The notes below the pieces were generated by a model that was not told where the DNA came from, did no database searches, and saw only the letters and a list, made by a program, of their open reading frames with translations. 64,000 nt of DNA from the NCBI GenBank assembly GCA_040954595.2, contig CM082586.2, positions 4,161,125 to 4,225,124 on the forward strand. Direction: 5' to 3'. The DNA comes from Balanoglossus misakiensis. Lineage: Eukaryota; Animalia; Hemichordata. Both the position numbers and the translations under genes were made by a program. Below are positions 28,081 through 42,461 of this stretch, in pieces (the first letter of the stretch is position 1; each line of letters starts with the position of its first letter).

Positions 28081-30601
28081 ATGTCTAAACTATTCGTGAT
28101 ATTTCTCCTTTCAACAGGTAAGACACGCTTGCCACGGAATTTATAATTAGATGTTTTAATCTCAAGTTTTGTATTCAAAATGGCTGTATTTTGAGGACGG
28201 GTGTAGTTTGGAGGTCTACTCATAGGTGACCACCTGCAAACGACGATATGTTAACCGACTTACACTCATTTCTAGATGGGTGTATGTCTTTACAACCACA
28301 AATATAAAAATATGCAGCATGACCAGAACATGCATCGCACCGGTATATCGGTAGCGTTGTCTGTTTTTGATAATTTCAGCAAACGGAGTCTGTCGTTTGC
28401 ATGGGACATATAAAAGGCGCGGACGCGACAAAGGTGTGGACCTTGTATGTCTACCATAGATATCGCGAAATCAGATAAATCTCGGAGAGAGGTACTATAC
28501 ACATTCAGTAACAGCCTGTAAAGAAAAATCGGTGTGTGTTTTAAGTATGGTTTATTTCCAGAGGCTGTGATCAGCGGGTTTTGCTTTCAGAATGGTAGTC
28601 TTTCTCGTTGTGTGGCATTTTGGCGGCGAGCAACGCTAAAACATTAACTGGACGGATTAAAATTAATGATTGACTTAGAAAAATTAATGTCTACAAAAAT
28701 GGCAGCATTCGTGAAGTGGCGCGGGATGTGTGATTTTTGGAGCACATGGTACATTTTTCTGAAAATTTCTGTACCATGGGTGCCAAAAGCACATAGGTAG
28801 CTTGCAATTTGTAATGTTTACACGCCTAATTAATACATTGAAAATCCAGCGATACTGGGACCACTAAATCTTCATTAGAGTGTGCTGTGTAGTCAAACAA
28901 ACATTTTCACATTGTTTCCACGTCATAGCGAATTCACAGTATTAGGCTAAGTTTATATGAAATGGCACCAACTTCAACTTCGCGTACTTGTTGAAATTTT
29001 CAGGACAATGACTTTTACTTTAGATCGGTTCATATAAAAATCAGTCCGCCGCAAGGCCAGTCTGAGGTCACCAACTGTCACCGCGGATCATATAGCTGGT
29101 GATACATTGACCAACTCTCCTAATATGGACATAGGCATTACGTCACCTTTTTGGTGACGTGGGGACAGGCCACCAAGCGACACATTGAAGTGTATCATTA
29201 ATTATTACCAGAGTCTATCAAACGCTATGCATACCTATATAAGTAGGTATGCATAGCGTTTGTGATAGTAGCGAGTACTATCTATGTTGAGATCTCTTCC
29301 CATCTAATCCTCGCATACCTATCGTACCATAAATGATGAAAACACGGCGAATCGTCTCCCGGCCCACGCATGTTTCTAGCCTACGTTGTTGTTCCCTTCG
29401 TGGAGTGACCGTGCCTTCGTGAAGTGGTACCACGGCATTGTTTTAGATGTGGGGTAGTCTGACTGTGAGTCATCGAAGCGCATGCGTGGGTGACATTGAC
29501 ACCTCCGCGTGTTGATTACACACATAGCTAAAGATGAAAATGTTGGCTGCATTTAATAAATTCTCACCAAGTAAAGAAACTTCGTGACAGTGTATTCATG
29601 TAGTTGTACTGATGTTCTGTGACCTGTATCTTAACAACCAGGTCAATGTACAAGTACAACTTCCATGCTCGGTTTAATTCAACGCTTAAAACGTCTTGGG
29701 ATCCTTGGTGTGCGCGCGTGAGTGCGAGTGTGTGAGTGTGTGTGTGCGGATGTTTAATTTTTTTCAACTTGCGCGACAGTTCATTATTTTATTTCCAAAG
29801 AGCACTAACAAACCAAAATTATTTTGGGACCGGTAACATCCATTAACAATTTCCAAAGAACACTAACAACGCCTTGAACTTAGTCGAATTGACTTTTACT
29901 CCAATTAACGAAACAGATGATACGGTCAAGATTTATTAGAGTAGTACCCTTCCCATAATGAATTTTGGTTTGTTTGTTTGTTCCCAGTTGCCTCCACCGC
30001 ATATGGGTTGAGCGTGACAACGGACCCGCTGCATGAGGGTTTGGAAGACGAAACCGTCACGCTGAAATGCCAGTACACGCCCCCTAGCGAGGGCGGCAGT
30101 CAGTACTCGATAACTTGGAAATTCACCGGCGAATATTCCTCTTCGACGACGCAAGAGATCATTTACGTGCACGAGGGCAGCGGTACCAGCACGGCCTACG
30201 GTCAGTTTGCGGGCCGGGCGACTATCAGCGGGTCTCGCGGTGATCTGCGCATCACCAAGGTGAAAATCGAGGATATCGGGGATTTTGTCTGCGAGGTCAA
30301 CTATTACGTCCTCACCGATCTCGGCTCGGCGTCTACACGGTTGGAAGTCTACGGTAAGTGAAGTTAAGTTTCTATTTATCGTGATAACTTTACTAGAAAA
30401 AAAAGATCCACTGCGAAAGTTGTATGTGCAGAGTTGATAGAGAAACTTTAAAATCTATGTCCCAGACAGCAACTAAATGATTTACCACATCACAACACAA
30501 CACAACACAATACATAACATCACATTATATACCATATAACAGCACAGCATAGCATATCAACAGCCTGAAGATGATGATGATGGTAGTGGTGGTCGTCGTT
30601 G

Positions 30602-30639
<38 letters not shown>

Positions 30640-31283
30640 AATTCGTTTTCACTTCATTGCAGCTGTCGTTGAGAGAGTTGACATCATGGAATACTACACT
30701 GGAGATTACGTCTACGTCAAACCGGGCCAAACGGAGGAATTTACTTGTAAAGCCTATAGAGGACGCCCTCAGGCCAGAATTGTGTGGTACTTCGACAACC
30801 AAGAAGTCTACGGCGGCAGCGAGAACGTGATTGACAACAGGGACGGCACATACGACACAACCTCCATGTACAGATACAATTCCCTGAGAGAAGACCACAA
30901 CAAGATCCTGAAATGCCAGTCTGACCAAACGCCTCAGATAGAATACCGTTATGAATATGACCACATCTATCTCAATACAGGTTGGTGTCAGATTATATAC
31001 TAGTAGTTTCTACTAGGCACAGCTAAATATGATTTGCATATTTAAATCCTGTGCGAAGTCAACACAACCAGAACTCGTCTGAACCACGTGGCAGTCACGT
31101 GCTCCCATTAGTGGTGCACCCATCTCTGACACCTGTCTCCAAGCACATCTTGAAAAATCATACCACAAATCGCCGCGGTCTCCCTAACACAGTCATTTCT
31201 TTCCTCTTACAGCTGGGGCCTCAACGGTGACCCTGAGTATCACAGCTTTCATATTGAGCTTACTTCTTGTTGCTGCAAATTAA
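28081..31283 (+). CDS. IgSF V-C2 putative GPI-anchored protein, paralog 3 (~263 aa)
   Basis: Exons 28081-28117 (MSKLFVIFLLST, donor AG|GTAAG), 29988-30353 (V-set: TLKC..ITWK..DIGDFVC..GSASTRLEV), 30663-30980 (C2-like: FTCKAYRGRP..IVWY..DGTYDTTS..LKCQS), 31213-31283 (AGASTVTLSITAFILSLLLVAAN*). Phase 1; 792 nt, in frame. Confidence 0.87.
29219..29262. repeat. 19-bp perfect inverted repeat (hairpin) in intron 1 of paralog 3
   Basis: CAAACGCTATGCATACCTA-tataag-TAGGTATGCATAGCGTTTG. Confidence 0.85.
30602..30638. repeat. (GAT)n microsatellite, intronic
   Basis: About 12 GAT units just upstream of the acceptor at 30662. Confidence 0.9.
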
Positions 31284-32506
31284 TTCTGAAGGTAATTTCC
31301 ATATTTTTTTTTTCTTCTAGAATTATTCAATCGCTCACGAATAAATTTACTTGCAAACAAATATGGCGAGATAATAAAGATAACCTCGATCGCACCCTTT
31401 GTTACATTTTCTTGACGCCATTCTCTTTTTTTTTCAGTTTCTAGGGTAGTGTTTGGGCCTAAATGAATGCTGGGAAGAGGAAGTTTCAACATCGAAAGGA
31501 AGAGAAGGCTCCAACGAAGTCAGATCGCGAAAAAAAAAATATTGTTTACCCATGATGCATCGCGATCCGTCAGTCCCACCGGGCAATTTTTTATGATGAC
31601 ATAGCTGCCGAACGTTATTGTAATTTTTGAAAGTATTTTTTACAAACCAGGATATTATAAAGGAAACTCTTATTTTAATTAATCCGCGAATATAGTTAGC
31701 GTAGGATTAAATTTGCGAATTCTTGCAAACGCAACGTCCAAGAAAGTTAGTTTCTGGTCGACACAGAGATATTTCATTTTATGTGGACAATGTGACAAAA
31801 GTAACCGAACGCTATGTAATAAGGCATCGTCGCAACCACAACTACACTCATGTACATAATAAATTATGACATAATCGTTTTCAATCAATGTTAGAGTGCT
31901 TGTTCAAACTTTACTGCCTATTATCCCACAGCCCTATATATCCTTGCTGACTTGTATGATACATGTATATGTACTTGTACCCAACTTATTCACCTAAAAT
32001 TTCAATCATTGACGAAGAAAAGTAAATTAAAGATCAAGCCCGAAACTTATGCAGTTACATGACTTTTTCTTATCAAATATTTTCAGTTTACCGGTTTTAT
32101 CTATCGTGTGAGGACAATTTAAAGATTGTTACGTAATGTACTTTTTGTGACAGTTTTTATAATAAACATCGTTTACTATATTTTCTAGCGTCTGGACAAT
32201 ATTTGAGAGAGGGGGGAGGGAGGGAGGGAGGGAGGGGAGACAGATGGAGAGAAATGGAAAGAGATAAGAGATATAAACAGACATACAGACAGACACAGGC
32301 AGACAGACATACATACACAGACACGGACAGAACGTGTAATTGTGTCAAATACATAGGCGATACGTGTGTATGTTTTTGCCGCATCGTGTACGCGTTTTCA
32401 GGGATACAAAAAGATCAGGGGATGGTGCCACGAATTTAAAATCAAGTACTATTCATCTCGCGCGTCTCTTACACATTATTTGAAACACACTTTTCTATTT
32501 TTTCAG

Positions 32507-33640
32507 CTGCTCAGCTGACATTTTGCCAAGACGAAACCCCAACCGAAGGAAGGCTTGTCATAGTGACAGATCCACTTGTAGAAGGGTTGACCGACTCAAC
32601 GGTGACTTTACAATGCGACTACGAGCCACCCGAGACAGACAACACGAACAGCTACCTGATTGAGTGGACTTACGTACCGGAAGCTACAGAAGAGCAAGAG
32701 GCCGTTTTTCGACAAGATGGCGCCGGTGGGGGAGAGCCGCATGGCGATTTCATTGGACGTGCAGCGATAGTTGGCGACAGGGCCGACCTGCAAATCAGCC
32801 GCCTCCAGCTGTCGGACACGGGCGACTTCCGGTGCTCGGTGAGGTACTACATGGATGACATCTACGGCGAGGGCGAAACAAGACTTGAAGTTTACAGTAA
32901 GTTGAAACATAGAACTCCGGGCGAGTCTACGTGATATGTATGTCTCTGACGAAAGCGGGCGCTTTCTGGGTTCTCTGTCCCATTCCCACCGCTGGCTGTG
33001 CTTTAAAAAAACCTATAACTAATTTGAGAGTAACAATGCGAATTTATTCTCTCACCCCGACTCTCTCTCTCCCTCTCTGGCCCTCTCCACCTCTTTCTCC
33101 TTCTCTCCCCCCTCTCTCAGAGCCCGTTGATGCGGCCGACATCATTGGACATGAACGAGGAGCGTACGTGCCGGCCCCGCCAGGTGAACCCCTTACTCTG
33201 ACGTGCGTGACCGGCACTGGGCGCCCGGCATCGGAAATCAAGTGGTACAACAACGAAGCCGAAATTCTCAACCCTTACGAGACTACTTTCATTGATAACT
33301 ACGATGGCACATTCAACAGCACCAGTGTTCTGACATACACGTCGGTCGCAATGGATCATGGGTCGATCATAAAATGCGAATCCGATCAAACGCCGGAAGT
33401 CGCCGACATCTTCAGACACGACACTATAGTTCTCAACACAGGTAAGGTCTTACGCAACCATGTCAGTTGAGATAAATAAACAAAACAGTTTTCAAAGCAT
33501 AATATGGATCTATTATGGATCTAATATGGATCGGTTAAGTTGAAAGTGTACTTTTCTTTATCGCAGATCTCTCCGCTGGTTCCAGAATTTATGTGAGTGT
33601 GGTGCTGCTGCTGATCGGCGCATTGATATCTGTCTGGTGA
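32507..33640 (+). CDS. IgSF V-C2 putative GPI-anchored protein, paralog 4 (leader exon not identified)
   Basis: Exons 32507-32896 (AQLTFCQDETP..TLQC..IEWT..DTGDFRC..GEGETRLEV), 33121-33441 (C2-like: LTCVTGTGRP..IKWY..DGTFNSTS..IKCES), 33567-33640 (DLSAGSRIYVSVVLLLIGALISVW*). GT-AG, phase 1, no stops or frameshifts. Confidence 0.85.
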
Positions 33641-34556
33641 TCAGTCTTACGGTGAGTGATAAGGCACCCGCCGTTTGCATGGGGTTTGAGTACGTTGTAT
33701 AGAGTTTCCCTGGATGTAGTACGTTCATTATTCCCGCATTGTAACTTTGAAACTTTGTCTTTCTAACTCTTCAGGTCTGCTATGGAGTAGAGAAGATATC
33801 TGAAGTTAGTCCTTGCCATTTTAGAGCCATTATGGTGCTTTGTTTCAGAAGAAAAAAAACACCACAAAAATATGCAAACGTAGCTTGCCAAAGTAGCTCC
33901 TTCGAATTTTAAAATTAAATTTACAATCGTTTTTTTTTCAGTAACTTGCCAGATATTTCTGCCCTTAAAACTTTTTTTTTTATCATGACTGACAAGTGGG
34001 GTTTTATTTTTATTTCAAACGCTTAGCGAATGAAAAAAATAAAGTGTTGTCATGACGCATGTTTTGTTGTGGAGAATGCGGTAACTCTGCTTAAATTATC
34101 TTGAAACGTAGTTTTAAGTTCTTCGTGTAGTTTGGTGTAAGCCCTTTATTTTTTTGTTGTGGTCTGTTTTGAACCAGCCATCAAATACAGAATAACGCTA
34201 ATCAAGCTAATCTTTTCTTTCTGGCGTTCTTACGTGTCATTTTTATATTTGCCCATCTTTATGAGTAGTTGGTGAGAATATAGAGTGTATACTTTTACAG
34301 TGTTGCGTTTTTAAAGAGAAAAAAAACCGTAGTTAGACTCGCTGGTTTTGTGCTCAGCTGCTATGGTTGCAGCAACAGTTAGAGTAATTAATTTCTTGAT
34401 CGGATGAGATCTCAGTACCTCGAATTTGTAATTTTGTGAGTTTTCTATTGTTTTCTCTGTTCACAAATCAACAGTGGCAAAGTAAAACTTTGTGATTTTA
34501 ATTAATCGTCCTTGTGTTGTCCACCTTTTTTCTCGATTTCAAACGTCTGTCGTATT

Positions 34557-34596
34557 ACAGACAGACAGACGACAGACAGACAGACAGACAGACGAC
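34557..34596. repeat. Short (GACA)n microsatellite
   Basis: acagacagacagacgacagacagacagacagacagacgac. Confidence 0.7.
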
Positions 34597-37199
34597 AACA
34601 ACAGGTCCCATCCGCTTTCATTTCTAAGTATATACAGACATGTGTGACCGCCACTCCAGGTGCAAGCCTTTAATTAGCAGGTCAATGACCTTGGAAAAAC
34701 AAGGGAACAAACAAATTAATAAAGAAACAGCTCAAGCATGTTAACAGTAAGAACGAAAACTTTTTTTTATTTTTTGTCAAAAGAAACTGCTTTCAATTCT
34801 TTGAAATTTGTTAATGTAACAATCTCTTTTTTGAATTAACATTCAACATTTCTTAAAATTCAAATTTGGCATTACACAGTGTTTCTGTTTTGGCAGTTAC
34901 GATGACAATCAAAATTATTAATAAACATGAGACAAAATATTAACAGTTATCAAGGAGTGTTTGTAGAAAAATACAGCATGTATTAGCTTCATAATAATAT
35001 GAAAACATTCAAATAATCCAATTATAAAATGATTTAAAATAAACATTTCGACAGGATCAGTCCAATTCCTTTTGCGAGTTCGTTTCCATGGTGATATTCC
35101 AATTCGATCGACAGAATAGATGTCAGTCATTGACGTCATAGTCTTTCCAAGTTGTATAAAACGTTTATTTTATACTTGGAAATTGCGTGTACTTAAAAAA
35201 ACGTGGAATTAAAAACGACCCATAATTTATGTCAACGAATACGAAAACACACAGAACAAACTTGGGAAACTGAATTCAGCTTAAACCCTAACAAATCTTG
35301 TAATAATTACATTTAAAAATAAACATGTTACTGCACAGTATTGGTTCTGGGCAGCCTCGTCCTTAAATCGAATAAATACGCATGCGCACTCGATAGACAA
35401 AACACTAAGGTCAGCATCAGGCATGGTGACCTTGTCACTGTTTACAGCCAGCTGGCCAGAGTTGTAGGCTTGTATTATGGGCAAATATTCTATTACACAG
35501 GTACATTTACATTAAGTTTAATTGAGAAAAAAAAACTTTTAAAAATGTCAAAGTATTTGCATTGAAGTAAATAGGTTTTTTTGTGACAAAGCTCAAACTT
35601 TTATACCCAGCTGCAAAACATAATCACGGAAAAATCTTAGACCAGTTGGGTTTTTTGACTGGGCATGCGTCAAAATCAAAGAAACGGTTTTACAAGAAAC
35701 CAAAGATAAATGCCAGTTTTTTTTATAGAAAATGTTAGTCTCTGTCACAAAAGACCTCTGCCGAGCTCCATAATTCTACCCGAGAAGAGAAGCTAAAATC
35801 GAACCATTAGACCAGCCAATCATGTCAGCGCTCATCCCAAACCACGTGATAGCTAGCTCTAGACTGTTCTGGAACCAAGCTAGAGTTTGAGTGGCCAAGG
35901 GCAATTACAAAGATTGTCAAAGCAGGAAAACAGCGAATGCAATTTCATTTTCAAGTTCAAGAGACATGATTAGATTCTGGCTACTATATTTGGCTGTCAT
36001 TTGCATGTACTTGGTCAAGCACCATGACGTCATGGGTGAAAGTGTTTCTTTTTCTGTGCACTCCAACTTTCAACAATATTAATTGCGATTTACTTGTGTG
36101 AAATGTCTGACCTGGACTACATAATCAAATAATTTTGATATGCCTTGAAAGTAGAATTAAAGATAAATTTTCTTTCATAAAATGTCTCTGATAGAAAGCA
36201 ATGCGACGAGAGTTGAATAAAGTCTTTCAAACAATAGAACGCTGAAATAAATACTATCCAATCCACAGTAGTCACTCATTTTCACCAAAATTCCAAATCA
36301 GAAGTTCCTGTCAGGGGGGAGACGTCACGTGATTTAAGGTTTTGCAGGCTCAACTCTAGGCAAGGTAATTTCAAGGCACAGTGACGTGAATTGATATGTG
36401 CATCAGATATACAGTCGGTTTCCATGACAACCGACAGAGACAATAAAGTAAATAAATAACATTAAATATAGTGTTGTATTTACTTCGTTTGTGGACCACA
36501 ACCTGGGACTCGAAACATGGAATTATAAAAATTGGCAGAGACCTGGGTATGTTACGACCAAGTTCACGACGTTCTGATGAGGCGCTATCTTTGTCTAACC
36601 CAAAAATTCCGGCAGAACGTACCTCTCATTTACATTAAATCACTGTCGACACGCACGCGTGTGTAAATTTCATTAAACAATAATTAAAACTATTAATTAC
36701 AATAACCAATGTAAAATTTGCATAAGAACCGACTATTAACATTAATTAACAGTTATGGGTACTGTCAGAAATTCATTCATACATGTATACTAAAAAAGTA
36801 CGTATTTAACTTCCTCGCTGGATCCCAAAAGCAATTTCTAATTATGTACCAATTAGAAAAACTATTGAAAATGCAAATACTAATTGATATTACATGTATA
36901 GTCATTGTAATTTATACTGTAATCTGTGTCTAATTATAGCTTGGCCAAACAAATTCTAAGGTATTATGTAAACAATATTTATACACGGGGCAGAGGATAA
37001 AAAAAACGTCAACTAATTAATATGCTTAAAATGACACGCATGCTCAGCTTCCGGATTGGATTGTGAATTGATCTGACTGTAAATCAAAGGATCCGAAATG
37101 AACCCTGATCAGAAAGTAAAATCCAACCAAGTCTCAAATTTGAATAATGAAGTCCCCTGTTAAACTTATATACCGGACTGTAAGACTTCACATTTGGAT

Positions 37200-39347
<2,148 letters not shown>

Positions 39348-42279
39348 TCAAATTTCTCGCCGCGTAAAATACTGATGCGAACACTGCTCATCCACTCGAG
39401 ATTTGATGAACCAGTGTAGTCTAGTACATGTACACAACAAGGTGCATGTACACACAGTGAATCCCATTATATAATAGAGGGACTGCGATGTACAGTACTG
39501 AACTCTGATATTCTGAATAGAGCGCCCGCTAACGTACTCCACAGCACAGTGTTACAGGCACGGCGTGCAAGTATGCCGCCAATCACTGGCTCTAAGCTTT
39601 ACAGTGCGCGTTTTAAAGTCTACTGAAACGGAAACATTTAGGAGAAAATAGCTAGTTATCCATCAGCGTTTGTAATTTATAGAGGGGTTATGATGACTTA
39701 GTAATAGCACTCTCAGTCTATGAAAGAAAGCGTGAAATTGGCAATACACTAACTACATACAGATCAGCCCATGCAAGCAGTGACCGTCTTCGAACATCTT
39801 AATCAGGCGAAGTCGTTGAACTAAACCAGAAGTAAAGTTGACTGCCACAGCGAATAGACCCTGACACGGATCATTATAAAAGCAGTGCGCCTCAGATCCC
39901 TTCCTTCATCATCGCGTTGCCTGGCAACACGTGAAGTGAATGGGCAACGAAAAAACACGCGAGGAAATTGTGAGTCTGGAGGATACCTTGAGCTATATCA
40001 GTTTGATCATCTGATCTGTCGGTGATGGGAAACCTGAACTGACTGAGGAGGAAGTGGATCACAGGCCCTAAATGATCATTTCCGTCGGATCGATCAAACT
40101 GCAAATCAAAAAACTTGACATGAAATCGCCTTCCGATGTGTATAACGTTACCGCCGAAGAGCGTAGCGTCGCTGGAGAATTCGAATCGGGGGGAAACATC
40201 GGAAGCGTGCGAGTCGATTAGCGGAGTGTCTGAACGCCGCGATTTTTTTACGGCGGATTTCTTGTGGGCGACTAATGAGGTCTTACGGGAGAGTGGGCAT
40301 CAGTCGAGTTTGGAGCTGTAATAATCAACACTCCCTGTGGTAATTCATCAGGTGGTCTAAAGTCTGAACACACTCATCTCTTCCGCGCTGATGAGAGGAT
40401 ATCCACTGAAGGTCAATTTCGGAAACAGAGACAAATTAACATTTTAAGAACAAAAAACAATGGCAAGGTGATAATTTCATCATGCTGTCGAATTATTTTG
40501 CGACGGAGAGGCGTTCTTTAAAAACCTCATCCCCGCGCCGACAGGAATACATGTTCCACTCAACAAGCCTAACCGATAATGGTTTATCGGAAATCGCGCG
40601 GATGTTATATCCGGTGAACAACAACAAAAAAGCGCTTCAGTAGACATCCCAGAAACGTTCACGGAACTGATTGGGGTTACAAGTATCGTTGATCGTCAAG
40701 TCGTGGCAACAAAAGGGCAAATTCTGTTGGCCAAGCACGACACTTAACTTGCCCTGCTTTAGTCTACCCCCCCCCACCTCCCACTCTCCCACACCCCATC
40801 GTCTCTCTTCCTGTCTCTCCGCCCTCTCTCTACTCCCGGTCTCTCTACCCCTACCTATTTTTCGAACAGACTGACGACTACGGACAGACAGTAGTTTTAT
40901 TCTCGGGTCGAAAATTCAGTTCATCTCATTTTTATACATTTATGCTAATATTTAAGAAAATATTTTAAAATTTAAATATTCATATAATGTGGACTCCGCC
41001 CACACCGCCCTCCCCCTCTCAGAAGACAGGACAAACAATACAGTCATGTGAGTTTTACATTCTGGGAGAAAGCTCTTCTCAATTTATGCTTTTAAAAAAT
41101 CTACACCATGAGTGTAATATTTAAGAGGAAAATATATTAACGTGGAATTCGACACGCACAATGAAATTTTGATGTACTCAAATTCGAAAGCGATACCCAC
41201 AGTTCGCCGAATATATCCGACATTCAGTCGACACAAAATTGCCGACGGCCATCGCAGAACGCCCGAGTAAGTCGAAAGGAAAAATCGAGCAGACATTGAA
41301 ATTACACAAAAAACGTCGAAAGCTGTAACCTCAAAAGACAACCGTCATCATCGTTAGTGTACAATTTATTTTTTTGTGAGCACTGCGGTAGCACGAAACG
41401 ATTGGTAGAGACACGGATTCGCTTGCATTCTAGTCAGTACGCATAGAAGGGGGAGAGAAATCGCCAAGATAAGTTTTCTGTCGCTAAGTTCATTCCGCTG
41501 TATTGTAAGCGCGTCTCTCTACAACCAGTTATCGGAGACAATCAGAAGTCGCGCTTCTTTCTCGCGGGCGCTTGCATCGTCGAAATTAGAAGGAGAAAAA
41601 AAATCCGTTGTAAGGAAAGAGAAGAACAGCATTACGCCGTTTATCTATGCAAATGATATTTATTAAGGACAGTGTTGTTTTCCGTTCAATTTGAAATTTG
41701 GCATTAATAGACGATTTAGCGAGTCTCATTCGAGAAGAATACAAGCCTAGCGCTTGGCAGATAAGGCAGAAAATGAAGTCGGAAATCCCGTTCCGCTGAT
41801 ATGAATACCCACTAGGATTGAGGTTGGCGGGTACTGATAGCAATACCCACTAGACGGCCACTGATCACGTCATTTAACCTATGTAATAAGGCCAAGCGGC
41901 GATAAGAATAGCTTAGCTACAGCGCCCAGGTGAATTCAATCGCGGTGCGTGCAATCCCAAACTTCCTATCAAATCAGACACCTTTGGCCTGCTGTTAAAA
42001 AAACAATGAGCGCGTAAAAATACATACGGCTACGAAGGTACAGCTTAACTCTCGGGGATGGCATGATAAACTACCGCGGAATCATTATTTCACATCAGAT
42101 AACAGGACGGTGTCTCAACACTGATTTTTTTCACTCCATACATATGCAGCCAAATAGACTCGATTTAAAAAACACGCTTTCTCTTCAAAATCATTTAGGA
42201 CATGGAACAAGCGCTTTGTGTGAAAATACTTGGAAGTCTCATATTTTGGTGATTATGGGATTTGGGCAAACAAACAAAC

Positions 42280-42461
42280 AATAAATAAATAAATAATAAA
42301 TAAAATAAAATAAAATAAAATAAAATAAAATAAAATAAAATAAAATAAAATAAAATAAAATAAAATAAAATAAAATAAAATAAAATAAAATAAAATAAAA
42401 TAAAATAAAATAAAATAAAATAAAATAAAATAAAATAAAATAAATAAATAAATAAATAAAT
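42280..42461. repeat. (TAAAA)n/(TAAA)n microsatellite in the ERF intron
   Basis: ~145 nt of perfect TAAAA flanked by TAAA units. Confidence 0.97.

Noticed and set aside
39892-40104. Possible extra ERF cassette exon (acceptor-like TTTGCAG near 40099)
   Set aside because: No clear in-frame donor and no homology signal; unsupported without transcripts.
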